A stretch of DNA of 58,949 bases from a virus, in IMG/VR virus record IMGVR_UViG_3300049049_000112, positions 1 through 58,949 of that record; one strand, written 5' to 3'. Below the pieces are notes generated by a model. It saw only the letters and a program-made list of their open reading frames with translations, was not told where the DNA came from and did no database searches. Each line of letters opens with the position of its first letter. The first letter of the stretch is position 1. The position numbers and the translations under genes were made by a program. Of this stretch, positions 16,655 to 25,279 are shown in pieces.

Positions 16655-17250
16655 ACGACATCCTAGTCAGCGGCCGAGCCATCCCGGTCAAGTCTTTCGT
16701 TCATCGCAGCCCGAGCCTCAGCTTCAACTGCGGTCTCCGTACCGAGACGCGCGCCGTCGCTCTTCATTGGACCGGGGGCGAAGGCGGCGGAGAGCAGGTG
16801 TACCGGGTGCTCCGAGAGCGCGGCCTGAGCGTCCAGTTCTTCATCGATCAGGAAGGGCACATCTGGCAGTACGCTGACGCCAGCGTGCGCTGCGCGCACA
16901 TCGGCACAGCCAACGGCTACACGATCGGAATCGAGATAGCGAACCGGGCCAACGGTAAGCCTCACCCGAAGTGGCCGAGGGAGGCGTACGAGGAGCGCGT
17001 GCACGGCAAGAGCTTCCAGTGCTCCGCCTTCTACCCGGCGCAGGTCGCAGCCGCGACCGAGCTCACGCAGACGCTGTGCCGAGCTTACGGTCTGCCTTAC
17101 GAGACGCCCGCCAGCGACACCGAGCTCTCTGCTGCTGAGCTCAAGACGGTGCGCGGCGTGCTCGCGCACTTTCACGTCACCCGGCGCAAGGTCGACTGCG
17201 GGACGCGCCTGCTGCGAGAGATGGGCTTACGGAAACCGGATCCGGTTTAG
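16651..17250 (+). CDS. N-acetylmuramoyl-L-alanine amidase endolysin (Amidase_2/PGRP, T7-lysozyme-like)
   Basis: 199 aa; GTGA overlap with the upstream stop; AVALHWTGGE, IGIEIAN, GVLAHFHV...KVDCG motifs; the long N-terminal part of track ORF 16018 is rejected. Confidence 0.8.
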   Translation: MNDILVSGRAIPVKSFVHRSPSLSFNCGLRTETRAVALHWTGGEGGGEQVYRVLRERGLSVQFFIDQEGHIWQYADASVRCAHIGTANGYTIGIEIANRANGKPHPKWPREAYEERVHGKSFQCSAFYPAQVAAATELTQTLCRAYGLPYETPASDTELSAAELKTVRGVLAHFHVTRRKVDCGTRLLREMGLRKPDPV

Positions 17251-17259
17251 CTGCCGGTT
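17238..17259. repeat. 22-bp direct repeat copy 1 (ggatccggtttAgctgccggtt), candidate att/arm-type site
   Basis: One mismatch to 17432..17453; embedded in the 16-bp palindrome aaaccggatccggttt (17233-17248); gatccggttt occurs again at 17261. Confidence 0.5.
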
Positions 17260-17395
17260 CGATCCGGTTTCTGGTAGAACGGCAGTCTTCGTCACAGCAC
17301 CAAAGCTGCCAGATGTGTCCGGTATAGGCCGTCAAAGCACACCACAGGCCATATCGGCATGAAGATGCGGTCCACACGAGACCTCGCGTTCTGCC

Positions 17396-18571
17396 TTATT
17401 TCGTGGGCTTTTTGCGCTTCGGCTTCGTAAAGGATCCGGTTTCGCTGCCGGTTAGGGCCTGCCCCAGGCGCTCCCCGAGCGCGAGCACGTTCTCATCGGG
17501 CGGACGGTTGTAGAGGGCGTGGACTTGATCGGTTTTGTGTCCCACCACAGTCTTCAGCAGGCCGCTAGGCATCTGCTCTAGCGTGTTCGCAATCGAGATC
17601 AGCGTGTGTCGGGCGACGTGGGTCGTGGCCCCGGCAAGGGGAAAGCCGAGCCTCTTGTACGCCTCTCGGATCTTGCCGTCTGCTGTGCTCGCTGCCCAGA
17701 AGTTTGAGCCCCGCCGGCTTCCGCTCAGAGGGCGAGGGAACACGAGCTCTCGCCAGCCTGGCCATCGCTCTACGGACATGCGCTGGGCGTGCCTTCGGAT
17801 TAGCTCGACGGCAGAGGAAGGGAGCCCTGCACGCCGCGCGTACTTTCCCTTGGTGCCGCCCTCGACGCCGCGGTACTGCCCTCGGCGAATCTTCACGAGC
17901 CCTGTCTCTAGGTCGACGTCTTCGTGGCGCAGACTGGAGACCTCGGCGAAGCGGCAGCCGAGACAGAACTGGACGTAGACGAGCGGGTAAAGCTCAGGCT
18001 CGTGCTGCTCGAGGTGCGCAAAGTACAAGGTCACCTGCTGCGGAGACAGCGCCTTCTCTGGCGCGTCTTCTAAGACTTGGTGCGGCTTACGTTCGACGTC
18101 GGTCAGCTTGACGAGGTTCGCCTCCAGGTAGCCGCGGCGCACAGCGAACCGAAACAGACCGAGCAGCGGGGGCCTCAGCAAGTTGGCGCTGCGATCTTCG
18201 TCCAGGCAGAGTTGCAGATCTGCGCGAGTGACCGCGTCTAGGTACCAGCCGTCGAAGCGCTTACCGGCGCGCTTGAGCCGGGACGCATACGAGAGCTTCG
18301 TCGAATGCGTCGCGATGGTCGGGATGTATTCCTCTACGGCCTCCCGGAAGCGAAGGCGAGAGGCTCTCCCCTCTGTCCCGGACTTCGCCTTCTCGAGCTC
18401 TTCGTCCCTGCGGACGATAGCGAGAGTTTTGGACGCAGCGAAGAACGTTCTGCGCGCCTCGCACTGCTTGCCGGTCTTCTCGTCGGTCCAGTAGATCCGA
18501 GCGATCCACTGCTTCTTGCCGTTGACGAGACCTACGTACTTTACACCGGAGCCGCCTCTACCCGTTGTCAT
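17396..18571 (-). CDS. int: Tyrosine integrase
   Basis: 391 aa; C-terminal catalytic pattern ...HVARHTLIS...VVGHKTDQVHALYNR (R..HxxR..Y); adjacent to an excisionase-like gene. Confidence 0.9.
   Translation of the reverse strand: MTTGRGGSGVKYVGLVNGKKQWIARIYWTDEKTGKQCEARRTFFAASKTLAIVRRDEELEKAKSGTEGRASRLRFREAVEEYIPTIATHSTKLSYASRLKRAGKRFDGWYLDAVTRADLQLCLDEDRSANLLRPPLLGLFRFAVRRGYLEANLVKLTDVERKPHQVLEDAPEKALSPQQVTLYFAHLEQHEPELYPLVYVQFCLGCRFAEVSSLRHEDVDLETGLVKIRRGQYRGVEGGTKGKYARRAGLPSSAVELIRRHAQRMSVERWPGWRELVFPRPLSGSRRGSNFWAASTADGKIREAYKRLGFPLAGATTHVARHTLISIANTLEQMPSGLLKTVVGHKTDQVHALYNRPPDENVLALGERLGQALTGSETGSFTKPKRKKPTK
17432..17453. repeat. 22-bp direct repeat copy 2 (ggatccggtttCgctgccggtt) inside the int 3' end
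   Basis: See 17238..17259; 194 bp apart, same orientation. Confidence 0.5.
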
Positions 18572-18773
18572 TCTCCGCGCCCCGGAGCCAGCGGTCCAAG
18601 CTCTCCCGCAAGAAACGGTGACGCTTGAAGCCTGGGCGGGCGCGGGAGTCGGGTATGAGGTCCCCTTTTGCGATCTGTTGCAGCAAAGCGGACCGGGTCA
18701 TGCGGCAGTAGGCCGCTGCCTCTACGACTGTGAGCCATGGCGAATCTTGATTGAGCTTTGCTGCAGTGTCCAC
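18558..18773 (-). CDS. xis: Excisionase-family HTH DNA-binding protein
   Basis: 71 aa; WLTVVEAAAYCRMTRSALLQQIAKGDL...FLRESLDRWL matches the MerR-type excisionase pattern; overlaps the int start. Confidence 0.75.
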   Translation of the reverse strand: MDTAAKLNQDSPWLTVVEAAAYCRMTRSALLQQIAKGDLIPDSRARPGFKRHRFLRESLDRWLRGAENDNG

Positions 18774-18774
18774 G

Positions 18775-19191
18775 TCAGCCCTCTCTCACGTAGAAGTCGT
18801 GCGGCTCGTCTCCTTGGCCTCGCCCCAAGTAGAAACGGGCAACGATGGACTCCGGCCACACACCGAGAGTGAAGTCGTTGTACGTGACCGTAGGAGGGTC
18901 GCCTATCCCGCATACGTCTCTCTCCAACGCGGACCTCGGGTAGGCGTCCAGGTACGCGTTCATCTCTTCCTTGGTTACCTTTTTCATGGTTCTCCCTTTG
19001 CCCGCCTTCTCGAGCTCGGCGATCCGAGCCTCAAGCGCTGCTATGCGAAGGTCCTTACTGTCCGGCTCGTCTTCCATCTGCGTGATGCGCATGCCTGCCT
19101 TCGAGCAGCTGTGCGCGTATTGCGCACCTCTCCCGTAGTCCGGCGAAGACACGTACCACTCCAGCGTCCCGCAGTACCGACACGGGTTCAT
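18775..19191 (-). CDS. Hypothetical protein (138 aa) with N-terminal Cys pair and coiled coil
   Basis: Intact ORF; ATGA-type overlap with the ligase gene. Confidence 0.55.
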   Translation of the reverse strand: MNPCRYCGTLEWYVSSPDYGRGAQYAHSCSKAGMRITQMEDEPDSKDLRIAALEARIAELEKAGKGRTMKKVTKEEMNAYLDAYPRSALERDVCGIGDPPTVTYNDFTLGVWPESIVARFYLGRGQGDEPHDFYVREG

Positions 19192-20078
19192 GGGCTGCCC
19201 ATGTCGTCAGGGTGGCGCCAGCCAAGGAACACCGGAAAGCGTGGAGCGTTTACCACACCGACCTGAGCGAAATGCTTGAACTTGATCCACTTGCCCACAA
19301 GGTTGTGTCGATCTTCCCATAGCGCTTTCCTCTGCGTTGAGGTGAGCCCAGTACCGACACCGAAACGAACTCCGTCTGGAGTGCAGCAGACGAACGACCC
19401 TAGGTCCCCGGCAGGCACCATGTTCTCTTGGTGAGTGCTGCGCTTGGTGTTGCCTAGCTCATCCTCCTCTGCAGGATTCTCGTTATGCATGCGCTCTTCG
19501 ACGCCGACCACGACAGCCTCTCCGTCAACGAAGCGCTTGATTTTTGTAAGCTCTCCGCCCCTCGCCGTGGCTCGGCCGAACTTGTAGAGACCCTCGGGGT
19601 CTCGCACCATCACGCCTTCGTAGCCCTCGGTCAGGGCCCAGGCCTCGTACCTGTCGAGCTCTTCCTGATCGTTGATCAGCGTCTGCGTCAAGAAACGGAT
19701 AGGGGCACCGAAGCAGTCTAGCCCGCACTTAGCCGGGTCTCGCTCGTGGAAGGGGATCTCGGGCCTGTCCCATACATCGAAGACGTGAAACGTTACCTCG
19801 GGCTCTCCGTCCTTCGACATGACACCCGACATGGTCTTCTGCATAAGGTCGGAGGCGTTCGACGGCCCGACGCACAGTTCGCCGTCGAAGCCGCTCAGGT
19901 TACGGTACCCGAACAGCTTCTGCACGTGCTTGTTCGGGATAGGCTTCAATGTACGGGATACTACTACCCCGTCGACCACCAGAGCCCGTACCCCGTCAAG
20001 CTTCACGCTCGCGAGTAGAGGGAACTTCAGCTTGCTAGCGTCCTTGGCAGCGAGCATCGGCTTGAGATCTTTCATCAC
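19188..20078 (-). CDS. ATP-dependent DNA ligase
   Basis: 296 aa; adenylation motif SVKLDGVRAL (KxDG) near the N-terminus; EGVMVRDP and later ligase motifs. Confidence 0.85.
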   Translation of the reverse strand: MMKDLKPMLAAKDASKLKFPLLASVKLDGVRALVVDGVVVSRTLKPIPNKHVQKLFGYRNLSGFDGELCVGPSNASDLMQKTMSGVMSKDGEPEVTFHVFDVWDRPEIPFHERDPAKCGLDCFGAPIRFLTQTLINDQEELDRYEAWALTEGYEGVMVRDPEGLYKFGRATARGGELTKIKRFVDGEAVVVGVEERMHNENPAEEDELGNTKRSTHQENMVPAGDLGSFVCCTPDGVRFGVGTGLTSTQRKALWEDRHNLVGKWIKFKHFAQVGVVNAPRFPVFLGWRHPDDMGSP

Positions 20079-20674
20079 TTCTTCCCCCTTCGCGCGGATA
20101 CTCGCGCCGTACGCTTGAACGTTACTCCCGGAACTGCCGGGGGCTTCTCTGACTTGCGGCTCTCTGCGGCGAGAGCCTCGAGCTTGGCGTAGTCTACTAC
20201 CCAGTACTCTTCCGGGAGTACCTTCACGTCCACGCTCTCGATCTCCCAGACGAAGCTACCTCCGACCTCGGGGGCGCTCTCCAGCGCCAGCGCTACGGCT
20301 TCGTGGTCTCCTGCCTGGGCTGCGAGGCGGGCTGTTTCGTGGGCAGCTTGCTGGAGCGCCAGAGCAGCCTCAGCTGCCGCTGCCAGCTTGCCCTTGATCA
20401 GGGTCTTCGTCCGCTCGGGGGCGGCAGCCGCCTCCTTGAAGATCTTATCGAGCCTGGCCTTGTCGTCGATCAGCGGGCGCACGAGAACTTGGCGTTCTGC
20501 CTCGAGAGCCACGACAACGTCCTGGACCTGAGACAGCTTCTCCTTCCACCATGCCATGTGCTCTTCGGTGGGCTCGCAGGGTAGCTCCTTCAGAGCACCT
20601 TCGGCTGCGGTCCAGTCGGCTTTGACCTTGGCGAGCTTGGTGTAGTCGACTGGGTCTATGGCTGCAGTGGTCAT
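20075..20674 (-). CDS. Hypothetical coiled-coil protein (199 aa)
   Basis: ATG 20674 preceded by AAGGAG; Ala/Glu/Lys-rich helical sequence. Confidence 0.6.
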   Translation of the reverse strand: MTTAAIDPVDYTKLAKVKADWTAAEGALKELPCEPTEEHMAWWKEKLSQVQDVVVALEAERQVLVRPLIDDKARLDKIFKEAAAAPERTKTLIKGKLAAAAEAALALQQAAHETARLAAQAGDHEAVALALESAPEVGGSFVWEIESVDVKVLPEEYWVVDYAKLEALAAESRKSEKPPAVPGVTFKRTARVSARRGKK

Positions 20675-20760
20675 GAGTGCTTCTCCTTCAGAGTGCGTGT
20701 GGTTAGGTACAGAGCTACTACGGAGACTTGCCCCGCAGCGAACGCGAGTAGTAGGGTCAT
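20671..20760 (-). CDS. Mini-ORF, 29-aa single-TM peptide
   Basis: MTLLLAFAAGQVSVVALYLTTRTLKEKHS; ATGA overlaps at both ends; below the track size cut-off. Confidence 0.35.
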   Translation of the reverse strand: MTLLLAFAAGQVSVVALYLTTRTLKEKHS

Positions 20761-20846
20761 GGGAGTAAACCAAGCTGGATGAGGGCTTCTCCGAAGCCGC
20801 ACCCGAGGACAAAGCCCACTGCCGCCACAAGAATATCTCTCAACAT
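20757..20846 (-). CDS. Mini-ORF, 29-aa peptide with lipobox
   Basis: MLRDILVAAVGFVLGCGFGEALIQLGLLP; agaaagaggg SD-like sequence upstream; ATGA overlap with the next mini-ORF. Confidence 0.35.
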   Translation of the reverse strand: MLRDILVAAVGFVLGCGFGEALIQLGLLP

Positions 20847-20907
20847 TGTTGCCCTCTTTCTTCGTCTGAAGGTAGTACGTTACTACTACAGACGGCAAGA
20901 GGAATCG

Positions 20908-21375
20908 TCAAGCGGCTGTACGTTTGCCTCGGTGAGCTCGCCCCAGGACATGCAGACCGATGCCCACGGCCGACCAAGCGTTGTGTGCCTTGCTCTTCGG
21001 TTTGATCTCTTCAAGCAGCAGGAGCTCGGCAAGGCTGAGAGCCTCCCGCGTTCGCTCCTGTTCCACGTCGCGCGGGACAGCCCCCTTCCACTGGTCCGAG
21101 GTGACGAACTCAGTGCCCACGCACCCCGCCACGAGGTTCACGTCGATCAGGTCCTGGGCGTCAACGATCGAGAACTTACCTCGAGTGACCATCCGCTCGC
21201 ATACCACTCGGCACGGGTAGAAGTGATCCAGGAACAAACGGTGCTCGATCACGCGAGTACCGAGCTCTCTGGTCTTTGCGGTAGACACGCCGCAGCCCCG
21301 CAAGCGACCGTCCTCCCAGACGGCGAAGCCTAGGTGAACGACTCCGGGGTCCACGCTGAGGAAGAACCTACTCAT
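20908..21375 (-). CDS. RuvC-like Holliday junction resolvase
   Basis: 155 aa from ATG 21375; N-terminal FLSVDPGVVHLGFAVW (DPG...G.A) RNase H-fold motif. Confidence 0.65.
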   Translation of the reverse strand: MSRFFLSVDPGVVHLGFAVWEDGRLRGCGVSTAKTRELGTRVIEHRLFLDHFYPCRVVCERMVTRGKFSIVDAQDLIDVNLVAGCVGTEFVTSDQWKGAVPRDVEQERTREALSLAELLLLEEIKPKSKAHNAWSAVGIGLHVLGRAHRGKRTAA

Positions 21376-21728
21376 TCGAGTTCGTCGCAGATAACACCGA
21401 GCGCCTCCTCTGCAGGGGAGGACTCCAAGGCCATGAATATTTCGTACAGGCGGGTATGGAGCGCCTTCCGCCAACCTTCTTTGGTTGCTCTCAGCTCCTG
21501 CCAGGCAGTGTGCACTACATCGCCTGGCTGAGGCTTAGTCAGGCGCTGCTTGACCGTCTCCTGCACGCGCTCTTCGATGATCGCTTCGTACTTCTGGGCG
21601 GTGAGCCTCTCCTGGGCGGCTAGCAGCGTGTCCACCGCGTGCTGGTTGACGATGTCGTAGTGATCTGCGCCCAGCTCCAATCGAGCGTCCGCCACCGCGG
21701 TCTCTAGCTCTTCGATTGTCTTACTCAT
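21372..21728 (-). CDS. Hypothetical protein (118 aa)
   Basis: ATGA overlaps with the polymerase stop and the resolvase start. Confidence 0.55.
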   Translation of the reverse strand: MSKTIEELETAVADARLELGADHYDIVNQHAVDTLLAAQERLTAQKYEAIIEERVQETVKQRLTKPQPGDVVHTAWQELRATKEGWRKALHTRLYEIFMALESSPAEEALGVICDELE

Positions 21729-23668
21729 GCTGCCTTCTCCTGGTTCCTGTCTTCGTAGCATATTAGTCTACCCTTTGCATCGTGTACAGGGTCTCCTGCT
21801 GCCTTTGATAGTCGAAGCATAGCCGCAGGTGACGCAGTTAGTGGTACGTCCGGTACGAACGTCTGGGCCCCGCCTACGAACCTGTCGCGCGCTGCATACG
21901 CCGCTTCGTGCAGTCTCTCGAGCGGTATCTCGAGCACCACTTCGTCGTGAATGAAGATCAGTTCCCGACAGCCGTAGACCAAGTCGTCGTAGCCCTTCTC
22001 GTACATGGCGTACATAAGCTCGACCTTGCCCGCCTTGGCCGCGTCTGCTGCCAGCCCCTGGAAGAACGAGTTCGCAGCGTCGCAGTACCCAACGCCCCCG
22101 CGCAGGCGCTTGCTGAAGAGGTGCTCGATCTGAACTCGACTCCCCTTACGCCCCACCAGCCGGCTTATAAGATCGAGGTACCTTCCAGCTTCGCGCCACT
22201 GCTCCCGCCACAAGTCAAGCAGCTCCCGAGCGCGCGCTTCGGAGACGTCTACCCCGTAGGTACCGCGGGCGAAGTCTCCGAAGCGCGCTGCCCCCAGCCC
22301 TCCAGGCGCCCCGAAGTTGATTGCTTTGGAGAGCTGACGCATCTCCTTGAACGTCTTCGGGTCCGTCTTCTTGAGCGCGTACATCTCAGCTGCAGAGATA
22401 CCCAGCACCATTGCGCCCATCTCGGCATGCGGGCAGCGGGAAGGGTCCCTGAGTACCTCTGCCATGTCGGACACGCCGAGCTTGTTCAGGCAGACCTGAG
22501 ACCATGTCCTGAGCTCGAACTGATCGAAGTCGATGGACACTAGGGCGTGCCCAGGGCGCGCTACGAAGCACTCCCGCACTCCAGGGACTCGAGGGAGGTT
22601 CTGCATCTGCATCCCATACGAGGTCCACGCCTCGCCGGGCTTGGGGTCGTCCCCTTGCGAGCAGGAGGTGCGCCCTGTCGCCACCAGCACGTTATACCGG
22701 CACTGAATAGGGGAGTGCAGCAGACGGCGCGCTTTGCCCAGCAGAGTACCTGCCTGAGAGAAGCGGGTGTAGGACTCCAGGATCTTATCTCCGCTGAGGC
22801 TGCAGGCCTCTTCATCCAGCTTGACGTTACCCTGCTCCGCTCCCTTGGCCTCCATCTTCTCGGTGACAGCGCCGCGAGGCACAGGGCGCCCGGATTTCTG
22901 GTACGCGGCTACGAGCCTAGCTTCCGCTGCCTTCTTGTCCTTGGTCACGACCATGACGCCGGCCTTCTTCTGCCAGCGCGCCAGCCCCTCGCGCAGGAGG
23001 ATCTCCTTGTCTGCCTCGAGCAGTGCCTCGGTCGCCCTGACGAGCTCGGCTGCCGCCACTGGGTCCGTGGTGATGCCCCAGGCGCTCGTGAGCGACAGCG
23101 CGACGGACGCCCGCACTTGATGGTGCTGGTCTACTAAGTACTCGGGCCCCGCTGTCTCTTGCTTCCAGTACAGGTCCCGGACCGCAATGTCCCCCTGCAC
23201 GTAGTTGACCGCTTCTGCCGGCCACTCGCTGATAGGCTTGTCGGCGAGCAGACCGAACCGGGTGCGCCAGTAGTCCTTCTTGTCGAGCTTGATGGGGATC
23301 TCCCACTGCTCTAGGCAGGCATCGAGAGCGAAGCCGTCGCGCCTATCTCCGCGCCCGATGCGGATGAGCTTCTCGCGCACCATCGTGCAGCGGATCTCAC
23401 CCTTGCGGAGCTTGTCAAAGATGAGCTTAGTCCACTCCGGTTCGTAGGCCATCGTGACCAGGACCTCGAACGCAGCGTTGTGCGCAACGATAATGTCACT
23501 GCTCTCGAGGGCGGCTGCCAGCAGCGCCCTGAAGGCAGGGTCGCGGACGTGGGCGAGTCTGGGAGGCTTGTTATCGAAGGCGTACAGCATGCAGACCGGA
23601 GGCGGGGCGCTGCATCCGGGCTGGATGAGAGTCGTTTCGTAGTCGAGCCAAAAGAAGCGTTCGAGCAT
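21725..23668 (-). CDS. Family A DNA polymerase with 3'-5' exonuclease domain
   Basis: Exo motif WLDYETT; pol motif A VSIDFDQFELR, motif B RQLSKAINFGAPGG, motif C IHDEVVLE; ATG 23668 with GAGGAG SD preferred over GTG 23686. Confidence 0.9.
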   Translation of the reverse strand: MLERFFWLDYETTLIQPGCSAPPPVCMLYAFDNKPPRLAHVRDPAFRALLAAALESSDIIVAHNAAFEVLVTMAYEPEWTKLIFDKLRKGEIRCTMVREKLIRIGRGDRRDGFALDACLEQWEIPIKLDKKDYWRTRFGLLADKPISEWPAEAVNYVQGDIAVRDLYWKQETAGPEYLVDQHHQVRASVALSLTSAWGITTDPVAAAELVRATEALLEADKEILLREGLARWQKKAGVMVVTKDKKAAEARLVAAYQKSGRPVPRGAVTEKMEAKGAEQGNVKLDEEACSLSGDKILESYTRFSQAGTLLGKARRLLHSPIQCRYNVLVATGRTSCSQGDDPKPGEAWTSYGMQMQNLPRVPGVRECFVARPGHALVSIDFDQFELRTWSQVCLNKLGVSDMAEVLRDPSRCPHAEMGAMVLGISAAEMYALKKTDPKTFKEMRQLSKAINFGAPGGLGAARFGDFARGTYGVDVSEARARELLDLWREQWREAGRYLDLISRLVGRKGSRVQIEHLFSKRLRGGVGYCDAANSFFQGLAADAAKAGKVELMYAMYEKGYDDLVYGCRELIFIHDEVVLEIPLERLHEAAYAARDRFVGGAQTFVPDVPLTASPAAMLRLSKAAGDPVHDAKGRLICYEDRNQEKAA

Positions 23669-23686
23669 GAGTTCTCCTCGAGGCAC

Positions 23687-23716
23687 AAGCTACTACGATC
23701 GTAGTAGATAAGTCAA
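23687..23716 (-). promoter_or_regulatory. Early sigma70-like promoter TTGACT-N18-TAGCTT containing an 18-bp perfect palindrome
   Basis: Minus strand reads ttgact-tatctactacgatcgtag-tagctt, 18 nt before ATG 23668; palindrome ctactacgatcgtagtag at 23690..23707. Confidence 0.6.
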
Positions 23717-23717
23717 C

Positions 23718-24095
23718 TCAGAAAGGCCGCTGCGCGTTCACCAGCTTGTCGTGGTGGGCCTGCTCCCACAGCGCGGCGTCGGTGTAGTGCGGGAACTTGT
23801 GCTCCGCGTACTTGAAAGCCAGGTCGTGCTCCATGCCTACTATGTGGTGCAGCGCTTCGTGGTAGACGGTGCCGACCACCACGAAGTCAGGTACCCAGCC
23901 CCAGGCCAACGTACGGTTGACCAGGATAAGACCCTCGCAGTAGGTCGCGTAGAGAAACCCCGCGCCCGGCTTGGCGGGCTTCCAGGGCATCCACTTGATA
24001 GTAACCGGGTACTCGCTGCAGTGGCTCTCGAAGAACACGAGGTCCACGGCGTTGAGCGCTCGCTGCAGCCACGCTCGGTCCCGCAGCTCACTCAC
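23718..24095 (-). CDS. SprT/DUF45-like zinc metallopeptidase-motif protein
   Basis: 125 aa; VYHEALHHIVGMEHDLAFK (HExxH ... EH). Confidence 0.65.
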   Translation of the reverse strand: MSELRDRAWLQRALNAVDLVFFESHCSEYPVTIKWMPWKPAKPGAGFLYATYCEGLILVNRTLAWGWVPDFVVVGTVYHEALHHIVGMEHDLAFKYAEHKFPHYTDAALWEQAHHDKLVNAQRPF

Positions 24096-24270
24096 CGGGC
24101 ACCTCGCGCCCGTCAGCGTCTACGTTGACCGGCCCGCACGTAGCGAGCTTGCGCGCGTCGGCTTCAGCGAACCTCCACCGATGATCATCGCAAAATGCGC
24201 AAAGAACGCGAAATGTAGGGTACCCGCAGTCTGCGCAGGGATACCTCCCGTAGAAGTCCGGCAGGGTCAT
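24088..24270 (-). CDS. Small zinc-ribbon protein (60 aa)
   Basis: CADCG...CAFCDDH Cys pairs; ATGA overlap upstream. Confidence 0.5.
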   Translation of the reverse strand: MTLPDFYGRYPCADCGYPTFRVLCAFCDDHRWRFAEADARKLATCGPVNVDADGREVPGE

Positions 24271-24956
24271 ACGGCCTTCTTGACTAAGGCGAGCTTCGCC
24301 TTCTTCTGGGCCTGGAGCTCGTCCTGCACCTGGCTCGACTTGCCGGGGGGCGGGCGATTGTCGATCAAGATCCCGAGGGCCTCGGAGTCGAGCACGATGG
24401 CGCAGCACGCCATGACCTGCCCCAGGTTGTGCACGCCGTCCGACGAGATGCGCTCCCCGTCCAGGTAGTTGGCCAGGTGGCGCTGGGCTGCCGCAAGGTA
24501 CGTCATCGCCTCCACGGGGTCCTTCCGCCAGTTGTAGGCCCCGTACTTGGCGTCGCCCACCTCGAGGGCTGAGGCCATGTGCAGCTGCCCTACAGGCGGT
24601 ATGAGAGCCAAGTCCGGCTTGGTCGCGCCGAACGCCTTCTTGGGGTTCGGGTTCTTCGGCGCGGGCGGAGTCTCCTTTGAACAAATGTTCAGTGTCGGGT
24701 CTGAGTCGTTCAGCGCTGTCTGCATCGCAGACTTTCGGAACGACTCTTCCCGTTCGATATCGGAGAGCAGGCGGTACCACGGGTCGGCTTGCTGCCTTGC
24801 AGAGCAAGCTGAGCGAAACCAGCGGGTGGTGTCCGGGCGGAAGTACTCTAGGTTGCCGTCCAGAACGCGGTAGGTGTTCCCCTCAAAGGAGTACCTACGC
24901 TCTGGGTCTGCGGTCATTTCCTCGATTGCCTGGCTGTACGTTCGCTTGTTGCTCAT
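24267..24956 (-). CDS. Protein with C-terminal dATP/dGTP diphosphohydrolase-like domain (DUF5664-like by recollection)
   Basis: 229 aa; KPDLALIPPVGQLHMASALEVGDAKYGAYNWRK...AAAQRHLANYLDGERISSDGVHNLGQV fits the remembered family pattern. Confidence 0.55.
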   Translation of the reverse strand: MSNKRTYSQAIEEMTADPERRYSFEGNTYRVLDGNLEYFRPDTTRWFRSACSARQQADPWYRLLSDIEREESFRKSAMQTALNDSDPTLNICSKETPPAPKNPNPKKAFGATKPDLALIPPVGQLHMASALEVGDAKYGAYNWRKDPVEAMTYLAAAQRHLANYLDGERISSDGVHNLGQVMACCAIVLDSEALGILIDNRPPPGKSSQVQDELQAQKKAKLALVKKAV

Positions 24957-25279
24957 GTTAGGCTCTCCGTGTCTACTTCGACGTCTGCTAGCGAAACCCA
25001 AACATCCGACCCGTACACCTCCATGAGCACCCCCGGCACCAGGGATACGGTTTGTGTCTCTCGACCGTGATCCGAGTACCCTCCGTGAACCTTCTTGTGG
25101 GCGACGGGCAGCTGCGCCTCGTGTCCGTCGCGGAAACGCACGCGGATGGCCTTCCCCTCCTTCAGAGTCAAAGCGTCGCGCTGATAGCTGCAACAACCGT
25201 GCAGGCGTACGGTGCCGGGCTTCTCGAAGTACTCTGTGCCCCAGTCGTTTCCTTTGTTTAGTTTTACGAAGTTGCTCAC
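24953..25279 (-). CDS. Hypothetical protein (108 aa)
   Basis: Intact ORF, ATGA overlaps on both sides. Confidence 0.55.
   Translation of the reverse strand: MSNFVKLNKGNDWGTEYFEKPGTVRLHGCCSYQRDALTLKEGKAIRVRFRDGHEAQLPVAHKKVHGGYSDHGRETQTVSLVPGVLMEVYGSDVWVSLADVEVDTESLT

Noticed and set aside
17177-17377. ORF 17177..17377 (-) in the int-endolysin convergent gap.
   Set aside because: It is Cys/Trp-rich, has no start signal, overlaps the endolysin 3' end and lies in the candidate attP region.
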